Shown in pieces: positions 1 to 8,396 of a DNA stretch of 64,000 nucleotides; within the stretch, counting starts at the first letter, position 1, and the number at the start of each line of letters is the position of its first letter. The stretch lies in assembly GCA_945901025.1 (NCBI GenBank), contig CAMDJW010000003.1:107337-171336 (forward strand), given 5' to 3'. This DNA is from Spirosoma fluviale. Lineage in GTDB: Bacteria > Bacteroidota > Bacteroidia > Cytophagales > Spirosomataceae. A model generated the notes under the pieces. It was not told the DNA's origin. It searched no databases and saw only the letters and a list, made by a program, of their open reading frames with translations. The position numbers and the translations under genes are program-made.

Positions 1-1141
1 AATTGTTTTCAGCCCTTATTTCACGCATCCATCGGAGGGCTTTTTCTGCGTATTTTAATTCGCTTTTGTAGCTTGAATAACAAATCAACATGGGGATCAG
101 GGTGTTGATGCATATCGATTCAAAAGCCGATTGGCCAATGACCGAATGGTTGCCTTTTCCTTTTTTACCAAAATGATAATGTTTTTGCCAATACTCATTG
201 AGCGGGGTCTCAAATAAAGTTTTGATTGTTTTTAAATCTTGCATTTCTAATAGCAACGAAATTAAACTACAATTTGACCGAATCAGTTCGGCAAATTGAG
301 CGATTCGAACCGTGGGGAAATTGGGTGGACGCATACGTAAAAACTTCCAATCGGAGTGATTTAAATAGGTATTTGGCCAGTCATGTTTCTTTTTTAAATG
401 AATAAATTCTCTTCGTAATTCCCATTGGTATTCATCTCGGATGTCTTCATCCAACATACCCGCTAAGCCAAATAAGGAAGCTTCAATTCCGAAGTTTCGA
501 TCTCGGTACCGTAATATCAATTTTAAGGGCATCGATTGGGCCAATCTGAACATCGGCTCCGCATTGACAGAAAACCCAAAGCTTCTGGCCATTGACTGAT
601 AAAAAGTTTCCTCCCAATCTCCTTGTGTACTAATTAATAATTGCTCGATTTGTTTGACTTTTTTTGCTTGCCTTTCTTGCAAGCATTGGGCAATCATCTT
701 TTCTTTTAATGACTCGTTCACTGACTCAAACATAGTTCCACAGGGAAGGTTAGCCCCGCCGACTGATTTTTGTATTTCATAGGCCGCAATTGTTTCAGGA
801 TTTACTTGGGTCGATAAGCAAAGAGAAGGAATCGAAGTGCCATTTTGATATTTGATCATTAAGTCATCATTCCAAACCACATGTAAAATGACATTTTCAT
901 ACGACGGATCTTTTTGATGTGCGTGCTGAATCCAGTCCGACGCATTGATATGTAGCTCCACGGTTCCAACCCAGTCTAACTCATTAATTCTGATTTTAGC
1001 TTGTTGGAAATCTGCACCTGCATTGGAATTTTCTATGCCTGGATGAATGATCGATACTTTATCGCCAGTGGATGTCAACAAATTTTGGTGATTGAACAAC
1101 TGATTTTTCCACAAATACGAGATGAATAATTCATTGACCAT
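1..1141 (-). CDS. DUF2851 family protein (partial; runs off the left edge; absent from the ORF track)
   Basis: Manual translation from ATG at 1141: MVNELFISYLWKNQLF...NAGADFQQAKIRINELDWVGTVELHINASDWIQHAHQKDPSYENVILHVVW, typical of DUF2851. The stretches I translated (both ends) are in the same stop-free frame. Confidence 0.88.
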   Translation of the reverse strand, partial: MVNELFISYLWKNQLFNHQNLLTSTGDKVSIIHPGIENSNAGADFQQAKIRINELDWVGTVELHINASDWIQHAHQKDPSYENVILHVVWNDDLMIKYQNGTSIPSLCLSTQVNPETIAAYEIQKSVGGANLPCGTMFESVNESLKEKMIAQCLQERQAKKVKQIEQLLISTQGDWEETFYQSMARSFGFSVNAEPMFRLAQSMPLKLILRYRDRNFGIEASLFGLAGMLDEDIRDEYQWELRREFIHLKKKHDWPNTYLNHSDWKFLRMRPPNFPTVRIAQFAELIRSNCSLISLLLEMQDLKTIKTLFETPLNEYWQKHYHFGKKGKGNHSVIGQSAFESICINTLIPMLICYSSYKSELKYAEKALRWMREIRAENN

Positions 1142-1275
1142 GACGCGATTTTTTTATGATCCGAAGGTAAACGAACTACCGATAATTTAACTGATAATCT
1201 AGATCAGGTAATTGATAAACTATTTTGTTGATTCGCGTTGTCACGTGTTTGGTTCTCGTGTTTGGTTCGGATATT

Positions 1276-1383
1276 GTAGAGACGCGATACTTCGCGTCTA
1301 ATTTTTTTTGTGCAATAGAAATAGACGCGAGTTATCGCGTCTCTACAGGTTGGGATTTTAGACGCGAAGTATCGTGTCTCTAC
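1276..1383. repeat. Cluster of three 25-bp GTAG-type REP-like palindromes (one forward, two reverse)
   Basis: gtagagacgcgatacttcgcgtcta (1276-1300), tagacgcgagttatcgcgtctctac (1322-1346), tagacgcgaagtatcgtgtctctac (1359-1383). Confidence 0.85.
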
Positions 1384-2264
1384 TATTTGGATTTATTGAC
1401 CACGTAAATACCCGCAAGCAAGACCAGCATAAAAATGATTTGCGAGAAGTAAATCGCTTCGCCGTCGAAAAAGCCCCATCCCACCGCTACAATAGGAATT
1501 AAATAGGTAACCGAACTTGCGATGACCGCTGTGGTCCATTTAATGATTTGATTAAATAACAACATACCCAGGGCAGAACCTAAAAGACCTAAACCGATGC
1601 CAGATACTAATGGCCAAAGATGTTCAGGGTCCACCGGAACGCTGAAAAACCCAGAAAATCCCATAATTCCCAAGGCGATAGGACCTATCATCATGAAAAT
1701 TCCGGAAGTGGAAGTTAAGGGATGTAGGCCAGATAATTTGGTTTTAACGATGTGCATGTTGATGCCATATAATAGGGTGGCAAGAACCACCCAAAGGGCA
1801 TGCACATTAAAATCAATTTGAAACCCTTTCCCTGAAACGAGTAATCCGATGCATCCTACAAGGCCAATTAATATTCCTAAGGTCTGCTTGACGATAAATT
1901 TTTGAGCAAAAAATAAAATGCCAATGATCAATGCAAATAGGGGAGTGAAAGCATTCAACATGCCCGAAAGTGCGCTAGAAAGATGCTGGCCTGCCAGAGA
2001 AAAAAGTAAAGCCGGAAGCATATTTCCAGTTAATCCAGCAAATAACAAGGGTTTCCACTGTTCAGGAGCAATGTGTTTTCTGCGTTGCCAGAAAAAGGGA
2101 ATAAAAAATATAGTCGCTGAAAAGATTCGTAAGGCACCCACTTGCATGGCTGAATAGCCAACGAGGCTTTTTTTGACTAATATAAATGAACTACCCCAAA
2201 TAAGAGAAAGCAATAATATCGCTAGAAAAACAAATAGCGGGGACTTAGTTTCAGTAGTCTTCAT
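1383..2264 (-). CDS. DMT/EamA family transporter
   Basis: 293 aa, about 10 hydrophobic helices, IWGSSF N-terminal motif, duplicated EamA layout. Confidence 0.9.
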   Translation of the reverse strand: MKTTETKSPLFVFLAILLLSLIWGSSFILVKKSLVGYSAMQVGALRIFSATIFFIPFFWQRRKHIAPEQWKPLLFAGLTGNMLPALLFSLAGQHLSSALSGMLNAFTPLFALIIGILFFAQKFIVKQTLGILIGLVGCIGLLVSGKGFQIDFNVHALWVVLATLLYGINMHIVKTKLSGLHPLTSTSGIFMMIGPIALGIMGFSGFFSVPVDPEHLWPLVSGIGLGLLGSALGMLLFNQIIKWTTAVIASSVTYLIPIVAVGWGFFDGEAIYFSQIIFMLVLLAGIYVVNKSK

Positions 2265-2270
2265 GAAAAA

Positions 2271-3263
2271 TTAACGGACAAATTCAGGTTGGTAAAATTC
2301 AGAAACCTCCTGCAAAATAGCCTTGATTTCATCCAAGGACATAGAAGTAACTAGCCTGCTTCTAAAAGGTTTAAAATGATCCATTCCCCGGAAATAATTT
2401 GCATAATGCCGGCGCATCTCCACAATTCCCCCATGATTACCTTTCCAACGAATCGAAAAGTCTAAATGTGTTTCACATACATTGATACGTTCTTGGACAC
2501 TTGGAGGTGGCAAATGATTTCCAGTGGCCACATAATGTTTGATCTCTTTAAAAATCCATGGATAGCCAATCGACGCACGGCCAATCATCACCCCGTCCAC
2601 CCCATATCTATTTTTATATTCCAACGCCTTCTCTGGAGAATCAATATCCCCATTTCCGAAAATTGGAATTTTAATGCGTGGATTCTCTTTTACTTTTGAT
2701 ATCAATCGCCAGTCGGCCTCCCCCTTATACATCTGAACACGAGTACGCCCATGAACTGTAAGTGCCTGAATACCAATATCCTGAAGGCGTTCAGCCACAT
2801 CTTCGATATTTTTTGTGGAATCATCCCAACCTAATCGCGTCTTTACGGTGACAGGTAAATGAGTTGATTTGACCACGGCAGAAGTCATGGCCACCATTTT
2901 GGGAATATCTTGTAATAATGCGGCTCCCGCACCTTTGCAGGCGACTTGCTTGACGGGGCAACCGTAATTTATGTCGATTAAATCGGGTCCCGCTTGGGTC
3001 GCGATCTCAGTACAGGTGGCCATGGTCTCAATGGAACTACCAAATAATTGAATGCCAATCGGCCTTTCGTATTCAAAAATATCTAATTTCTGAACGCTCT
3101 TAGCCGCGTCCCTAATTAACCCTTCTGAGGAAATAAATTCAGTATACATCATATCAACCCCATTTGCCTTGCAAACTGCACGAAACGGGGGATCCGACAC
3201 ATCCTCCATCGGCGCTAAAAGCAATGGGAAATCTCCTAATTCGATGTTACCTATTTTGATCAT
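2271..3263 (-). CDS. dusB: tRNA-dihydrouridine synthase DusB
   Basis: LAPMEDVSD, DINYGCP (catalytic Cys), VTVKTRLGW, HGRTR and GNGDI motifs; start moved to MIKIGN (3263). Confidence 0.93.
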   Translation of the reverse strand: MIKIGNIELGDFPLLLAPMEDVSDPPFRAVCKANGVDMMYTEFISSEGLIRDAAKSVQKLDIFEYERPIGIQLFGSSIETMATCTEIATQAGPDLIDINYGCPVKQVACKGAGAALLQDIPKMVAMTSAVVKSTHLPVTVKTRLGWDDSTKNIEDVAERLQDIGIQALTVHGRTRVQMYKGEADWRLISKVKENPRIKIPIFGNGDIDSPEKALEYKNRYGVDGVMIGRASIGYPWIFKEIKHYVATGNHLPPPSVQERINVCETHLDFSIRWKGNHGGIVEMRRHYANYFRGMDHFKPFRSRLVTSMSLDEIKAILQEVSEFYQPEFVR

Positions 3264-3296
3264 TCTGTTTAAAAATTGCTTAAATTTACGACCATT

Positions 3297-4244
3297 ATGG
3301 AAGAAAACTATCATCTGGGGCCAAACGCTTGGCTTTCTCTTACGTCAAAATTAGTAACTCTTTTTGGATTTTTCCTGTTAGGAAGCTTTTTTGGGCAGTT
3401 TTTTGGCCTATTGGCAGTGGTTTATATTATTGGATTTCCTACGGCCAACATAGAACAATTTCAGAAAATGGTCATGGATTTCATGGTTCATCCGGAGAAA
3501 TATGAAAATGCATTTCATGGCATGATGGCCTTGCAATGGTTTACAGCCTTATTTACTTTTGTCATTGGCTCTTGGGCTTACCTTCATTACATTGAAAAAC
3601 GTTCAATCTCAGAATTGAATGTAGGCGAAACCCCAAGTTGGAAAATATTTTTATGGTCTATTTTGACTATTTTAGTCTCAATGCCTTTATTGGAATACAT
3701 CATCCAGTTAAATCAAAATTTGATTTTACCTGCGGGTTTTGAAGAGTTAGAATCTTGGATGAAGACTTCGGAACAAAACATGGACCAATTGACAAAATTT
3801 CTATTAAACTTTACTTCACCTACTGATTTTGCTATCGCGATTGCGGTGATTGGTGGTATGGCTGCCTTAGGAGAAGAAATCTTCTTTAGGGGCGTTCTTC
3901 AGTCGCTCTTTGAGCGCTACATTGGAAATGCGCATGTGGCCATTTGGGTTTCGGCTGCCATTTTTAGTTTTATCCACATGCAGTTTTACGGATTTTTCCC
4001 GAGGCTTTTTTTAGGTGCCTTTTTTGGATATTTGTATGTATGGTTTAGAACCATTTGGGTTCCGATTGCCGCGCACTTTTTTAATAATGCTTGGACGCTT
4101 TTGATGCATTATTTATACCAACAAAAACAAATTCAAATTAATCCGGAAGAGATGGGTGCCATGGTTCCTTGGTGGTCGGCTTTATTATCCGTTGCCTTAG
4201 TTGCTTTTTATGTCAAACGATTATATACTTTTAAAACGGATTAA
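3297..4244 (+). CDS. CPBP family intramembrane metalloprotease (CAAX/Abi)
   Basis: EEIFFRG, FSFIH and AHFFNN motifs; multi-TM; likely start MEENY (3297). Confidence 0.9.
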   Translation: MEENYHLGPNAWLSLTSKLVTLFGFFLLGSFFGQFFGLLAVVYIIGFPTANIEQFQKMVMDFMVHPEKYENAFHGMMALQWFTALFTFVIGSWAYLHYIEKRSISELNVGETPSWKIFLWSILTILVSMPLLEYIIQLNQNLILPAGFEELESWMKTSEQNMDQLTKFLLNFTSPTDFAIAIAVIGGMAALGEEIFFRGVLQSLFERYIGNAHVAIWVSAAIFSFIHMQFYGFFPRLFLGAFFGYLYVWFRTIWVPIAAHFFNNAWTLLMHYLYQQKQIQINPEEMGAMVPWWSALLSVALVAFYVKRLYTFKTD

Positions 4245-4245
4245 C

Positions 4246-4443
4246 ATGGAGGATTGGAAAATCATAGGGCAATCAAGAACCGGAATCGATTTAGAAGTAC
4301 AGAAGGGTTTGTTAGAAGAAATATATCAAATTCCCGCCGTGGTGATCAATAAAAAATTCAGTGCCTATGATTTAGGGAGTTGGGAATTGTATGTGCACAA
4401 AGATAATTTTGAGCAAGCCGACCTAATTTTAAACAAGCAATAA
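4246..4443 (+). CDS. Small DUF2007-like (putative signal-transducing) protein
   Basis: 65 aa, IPAVVINKKFSAY..G..ELYV pattern; sits between CPBP and cdsA with 1-nt gaps. Confidence 0.7.
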   Translation: MEDWKIIGQSRTGIDLEVQKGLLEEIYQIPAVVINKKFSAYDLGSWELYVHKDNFEQADLILNKQ

Positions 4444-4444
4444 T

Positions 4445-5278
4445 ATGGGTTTAAAAGAGATGAGTAATTTACAGCAGAGAGTCATTGCAGCAATCGTCGC
4501 TGTGCCATTTTTGCTCTTTTGCGTGCTTTACAGCGATTACACTTTTTTAGCTCTTTTTCTATTTATTGGCGTTTGTGCCCAACTAGAATTTTACAAATTA
4601 GTAGGAAGTTTTGGGGGGAATTTGCCACTCACTTTTTATGGTACTTTTTGTGGGGTTGTCCTTCAATTATTAACTTTTTTTATTGAAAAAGGGGAAATTG
4701 GCTACCATAATTATTACATACTCTCGCCCTTGTGTGCGCTGATTTTTTTCATCAAACTTTATAAAGCCAAAGACGAAAAGCCCTTTAAGAACATTGCCTA
4801 TACATTTTTAGGCATTATCTATGTGGCCTTGCCTTTTGCGCTTTTAACGGTGTTGGCTTTCATCCAAAATGATAACTATGACCCCAACATTGTTTTGGGT
4901 TGCTTGTTTTTGCTTTGGGCCAGTGATTCAGGAGCTTATTTTGCTGGAACGAAATTTGGCAAAACGAAATTGTTTGAGCGAGTTTCTCCCAAAAAATCGT
5001 GGGAAGGAAGCGTGGGTGGTTTAATTGCAGCCATGGGGGTTGCTTACATTATTTCCATGTATTACACCAATTATGCTCCTTGGCAATGGTTTTCCATTGG
5101 TTTTATCATTGTTGTGGCAGGGACTTATGGTGATTTGGTAGAATCTTTGTTTAAGCGAAGCATGAATATCAAAGATTCAGCCAATACCATCCCAGGACAT
5201 GGAGGCTTTCTAGATCGCTTTGATGGCTTGCTTCTATCGATCCCGTTCATCATTACCTTTTTGAAATTATTTACTTAA
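4445..5278 (+). CDS. cdsA: Phosphatidate cytidylyltransferase
   Basis: SPKKSWEG, GDLVESLFKR, KDSANTIPGHGGFLDRFD signature. Confidence 0.95.
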   Translation: MGLKEMSNLQQRVIAAIVAVPFLLFCVLYSDYTFLALFLFIGVCAQLEFYKLVGSFGGNLPLTFYGTFCGVVLQLLTFFIEKGEIGYHNYYILSPLCALIFFIKLYKAKDEKPFKNIAYTFLGIIYVALPFALLTVLAFIQNDNYDPNIVLGCLFLLWASDSGAYFAGTKFGKTKLFERVSPKKSWEGSVGGLIAAMGVAYIISMYYTNYAPWQWFSIGFIIVVAGTYGDLVESLFKRSMNIKDSANTIPGHGGFLDRFDGLLLSIPFIITFLKLFT

Positions 5279-5336
5279 GCATGTGTTTAACTAATTTTAA
5301 TACCTAGCTCCAGATAAAATTCGTTTAATTTGTAAA

Positions 5337-6050
5337 ATGTTAAATAAAGGCCTCGTTTTTACGCTACTATTTTGTTTGTCCATGGGAAAAGTATTCTCTC
5401 AGGGGCAGGATAAAACGATATTATTCCAAGTGCAAATTGTGGCCAACAATGGATCTGAGTATTTGCCGATGGCCTATGTATATAATCCGAAAGCAGGTAG
5501 GGGAGCATTAAGTGATAATTTCGGCCGAGCAGATTTATTGGTTTTTCCTGGTGATAGCCTTGTTTTTACTTATATAGGCTACAAAAAACAATATTACATC
5601 ATTCCTAAGTCAGTGGAGCAGGTCCAACAAAAAATCATTTCCATGGATGAAGATTCTAAGATGTTGGCCGAAGTAAAAGTATTTCCTCATGCTTCCGAAG
5701 AGGAGTTTAAACAAGCATTTCTTAATATGCGTTTGCGGGATGAGCGCCAAAGAGCCATTTTGGCTAATAACCTAGAACAGTCTAAGTTGAACGTTTTTGC
5801 GCTCCAAGCAGGATTAGGGGCGGCGTCTAATTTCCGGAATTTCTCTGATATGATGACCTCGGCTCAGTCCAATAAGTCTTTTTACGCGAGTCCTTTGTTA
5901 TCTCTCACTAATCCCTTCGCTTGGATGAGCTTTATTCAATCCGTCAAGAATGGAGATTTGAAAAAGAAAGATTGGAAGAAGGCTTATGAATTTATGCCTA
6001 AAGAAAATATATCGAGGCAAATGTTTTTACGAGATAATTCGAATAATTAG
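5337..6050 (+). CDS. Secreted carboxypeptidase-regulatory-like domain protein
   Basis: Signal peptide; G..SD..G.....V.PGDSLVFTYIGY pattern of CarboxypepD_reg-like domains. Confidence 0.7.
   Translation: MLNKGLVFTLLFCLSMGKVFSQGQDKTILFQVQIVANNGSEYLPMAYVYNPKAGRGALSDNFGRADLLVFPGDSLVFTYIGYKKQYYIIPKSVEQVQQKIISMDEDSKMLAEVKVFPHASEEEFKQAFLNMRLRDERQRAILANNLEQSKLNVFALQAGLGAASNFRNFSDMMTSAQSNKSFYASPLLSLTNPFAWMSFIQSVKNGDLKKKDWKKAYEFMPKENISRQMFLRDNSNN
6012..6050 (+). repeat. Left copy of a 39-bp imperfect direct repeat (last 13 codons of the upstream gene)
   Basis: tcgaggcaaatgtttttacgagataattcgaataattag; 34/39 identical to 7326-7364. Confidence 0.85.
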
Positions 6051-6140
6051 GGTCGATTTATCTAACTCGTGCTAATCATCACAGAATCCAGTCCCCATGG
6101 AATTGAATTCATTGAGTAATCCAAGAATAAAAGATCAGGA

Positions 6141-6228
6141 AATCATTTTATCGCTCAAAATCTAATCATTTATCGCTCATATTATAGCTTTTGTGAGCGA
6201 CAAATTATATTTTTGTGAGCGACAAATT
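6141..6228. promoter_or_regulatory. Four-box TCGCTCA/TGAGCGA operator-like array upstream of the HTH-Fic gene
   Basis: tcgctca at 6151 and 6173; tgagcga at 6194 and 6216 (spacings 22/21/22 bp); 18-bp direct repeat ttttgtgagcgacaaatt at 6189 and 6211. Confidence 0.6.
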
Positions 6229-6232
6229 TAAA

Positions 6233-7282
6233 ATGGCAAAGAAACCTACCTTTTCTACTACTGAGATTCTTGAATATATTAAGAATAATCCTCTATGCTC
6301 TTCCATTGAGATATTAAGTGGCATAAGTCAAGAAATGAGTATTGCGACCTTGAAAAGGGTATTGCAAGATTTAATTTCATCCTCTTTAGTGAATAAATTG
6401 GGTGAATTGAAAAATAGGCGATATGAAATTAGTCCCGTTTATGAAATTATCAGACCTATTGACGTCAATCAGTATTTTGAAAAAGAGATAGACGAAAGAA
6501 TTATTCAAGATAGATTTAATCATGAGTTGATGAGTGAAACTCTTAGGACGATTTCTTTATTTACCGATAATGAAAATGATTATTTAATTGCTTTGCAAGC
6601 TCAGTTTAAATCAAACTCTTCAAAATTATCTAGTAGTGAATATAAAAATGAGTTAGAACGGTTAGCCATAGATTTGAGTTGGAAGTCATCTCAAATTGAG
6701 GGGAATACCTATACCTTATTGGAGACTGAGCGACTTTTAAAGGATAAAGAAACTGCTGCAGGTAAGACAAAGGATGAAGCGATCATGTTATTGAACCATA
6801 AAGACGCTTTAGACTTTATAATAGGTCATCCTGAGTTTATTAAGCCAATAACGGTTTCGAGTATTGAAGATATTCATAGTATATTGGCTAAGGATTTAGG
6901 TATTACAAGAAATATCAGGAGGGGGAGGGTTGGGATTTCTGGTACCAACTATAAACCGTTGGAAAATGAGTTTCAAATTAAAGAAGCTCTAGAATCAATG
7001 TGTGTTGTTATAAATGCTAAGGAAAGTATTTTTGAAAAGGCATTGTTAGCGCTTATGTTAATATCTTATATACAACCTTTTTCAGATGGAAATAAAAGAA
7101 CTGCTCGAATAATAAGTAATGCTATTTTGATGAATAATCACTACTGTCCTATTTCATTTAGAACCATTAATTCAATAGAGTATAAGAAGGCTATGTTGAT
7201 TTTTTTTGAGCAAACCAATATAAATCCTTTTAAAAATGTGTTTATAGGTCAATTTGAATTTGCTGTAAATACTTATTTTTAA
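6233..7282 (+). CDS. Fic family protein with N-terminal winged HTH
   Basis: HTH (SIATLKRVLQDL), inhibitory SSQIEGN, Fic loop QPFSDGNKRTAR; start taken as ATG 6233 (ORF track GTG 6215 lies inside the repeat). Confidence 0.9.
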   Translation: MAKKPTFSTTEILEYIKNNPLCSSIEILSGISQEMSIATLKRVLQDLISSSLVNKLGELKNRRYEISPVYEIIRPIDVNQYFEKEIDERIIQDRFNHELMSETLRTISLFTDNENDYLIALQAQFKSNSSKLSSSEYKNELERLAIDLSWKSSQIEGNTYTLLETERLLKDKETAAGKTKDEAIMLLNHKDALDFIIGHPEFIKPITVSSIEDIHSILAKDLGITRNIRRGRVGISGTNYKPLENEFQIKEALESMCVVINAKESIFEKALLALMLISYIQPFSDGNKRTARIISNAILMNNHYCPISFRTINSIEYKKAMLIFFEQTNINPFKNVFIGQFEFAVNTYF

Positions 7283-7305
7283 GATAATCCTAAAACTTAG
7301 TAGGG

Positions 7306-7342
7306 TCGCCTCGAAATCAATCATTTCGAGGCGAATGTTTTT
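7306..7342 (+). terminator. Intrinsic terminator after fic
   Basis: Perfect 12-bp stem tcgcctcgaaat/atttcgaggcga, 5-nt loop, then atgttttt. Confidence 0.7.
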
Positions 7343-7364
7343 ACGGGATAATTCAAAAAATTAA
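7326..7364 (+). repeat. Right copy of the 39-bp direct repeat
   Basis: tcgaggcgaatgtttttacgggataattcaaaaaattaa; reads SRRMFLRDNSKN* versus SRQMFLRDNSNN* in the left copy. Confidence 0.85.
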
Positions 7365-7386
7365 GGCTAAGTTTTACGATCAATCA

Positions 7387-7612
7387 TTAACAATTTTTCT
7401 CTATCCACTCCTTCGGCGTCATCTTAAATTCGCTTTGAAAGGCCACAAAAAAGGATGATTTATTCTTGAATCCACATTGTGTTCCAATGCCTTCAATGGA
7501 CATTTTTGTGGGTACCCGCTTTAAACAATTCAATTGCATACTCCACGCGTTTACTTTTACTATATTCAGGATATGAAATGTTCAAATCTTTGTTGAAACA
7601 ACAAGAAGAAAA
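7387..7612 (-). pseudogene. AraC-family regulator C-terminal HTH remnant (frameshifted, 5' truncated)
   Basis: Minus strand reads FSSCCFNKDLNISYPEYSKSKRVEYAIELFKAGTHK, shifts frame in an A-run, then MSIEGIGTQCGFKNKSSFFVAFQSEFKMTPKEWIEKNC*; in-frame stops upstream. Confidence 0.8.
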
Positions 7613-7658
7613 TCAACCTTTTATTACTTAAGTTCTTAAGTAAATTTATTTTGACACC

Positions 7659-8396
7659 CTACCGAAAACCTATTATGGCTAGCATGCGCCCGGTGATTCC
7701 TTTCTCCTTGCGATGGGAAAAGAAAAGGTCGTTGTTTTCAATGGTGCAATAGTCCGAAATTTCAATTTGGGAAATTCCAATGTTTCTCAACTGCGCTTCA
7801 TTGCTTGCTTTTAAATCTACATGCCAACGAGCACCCCGCTTTTCCTTAAAATCAAACTGCTCTGCCACTTCATCGCCCACTTCAAAATGTGCCAAGCTAA
7901 TGCAAGGGCCGATATAGGCCATTATGTCGGCAGGATTAGAACCCTGGGAAATCATCGCGGAGGCGGTTTTGGAAACGATTTGAGCGACGGTTCCTTTCCA
8001 GCCAGCATGGATCGCAGCCGCACAACCACGCAGGGGATCGGCCAGTAAAATTGGACAACAATCCGCTATGCCAACTCCCGCAAAAATACCTGGTGCATGT
8101 GCGATTATAGCATCGTATCCTGAGGTATATCCAGGTTCTTTCGTTTCCCAAATAACATCTGCATGAACCTGATAGGACCGCGCAAGCGCCTGAGGGGAAA
8201 TACCTAAATCACGACAAAAAAGAGAAAGATTTTGTTGGACCATATCCGGATGATCATCCGTATGAATGCCCAAATTTAGCGTCTGATAGGCCGCTGTACT
8301 TTTTCCTCCGTGGCGAGTGCTGACACCCGCCACGAGTTGAGGAATATGTTTGAAAATGGTAGGAATAATGACTCTTTCCGAAGAATTAGTCATCAT
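7659..8396 (-). CDS. pgeF: PgeF/YfiH (laccase-domain, FAMIN-like) protein
   Basis: STRHGG, LNLG, QVH, ADCCPILL, AAIHAGWKG, GPCIS..FEVG, FFSHR...GRM motifs. Confidence 0.92.
   Translation of the reverse strand: MMTNSSERVIIPTIFKHIPQLVAGVSTRHGGKSTAAYQTLNLGIHTDDHPDMVQQNLSLFCRDLGISPQALARSYQVHADVIWETKEPGYTSGYDAIIAHAPGIFAGVGIADCCPILLADPLRGCAAAIHAGWKGTVAQIVSKTASAMISQGSNPADIMAYIGPCISLAHFEVGDEVAEQFDFKEKRGARWHVDLKASNEAQLRNIGISQIEISDYCTIENNDLFFSHRKEKGITGRMLAIIGFR

Noticed and set aside
1225-1407. 60-aa ORF across REP cluster 1
   Set aside because: Its sequence is largely the translated palindromes and it overlaps the EamA end; no coding signal
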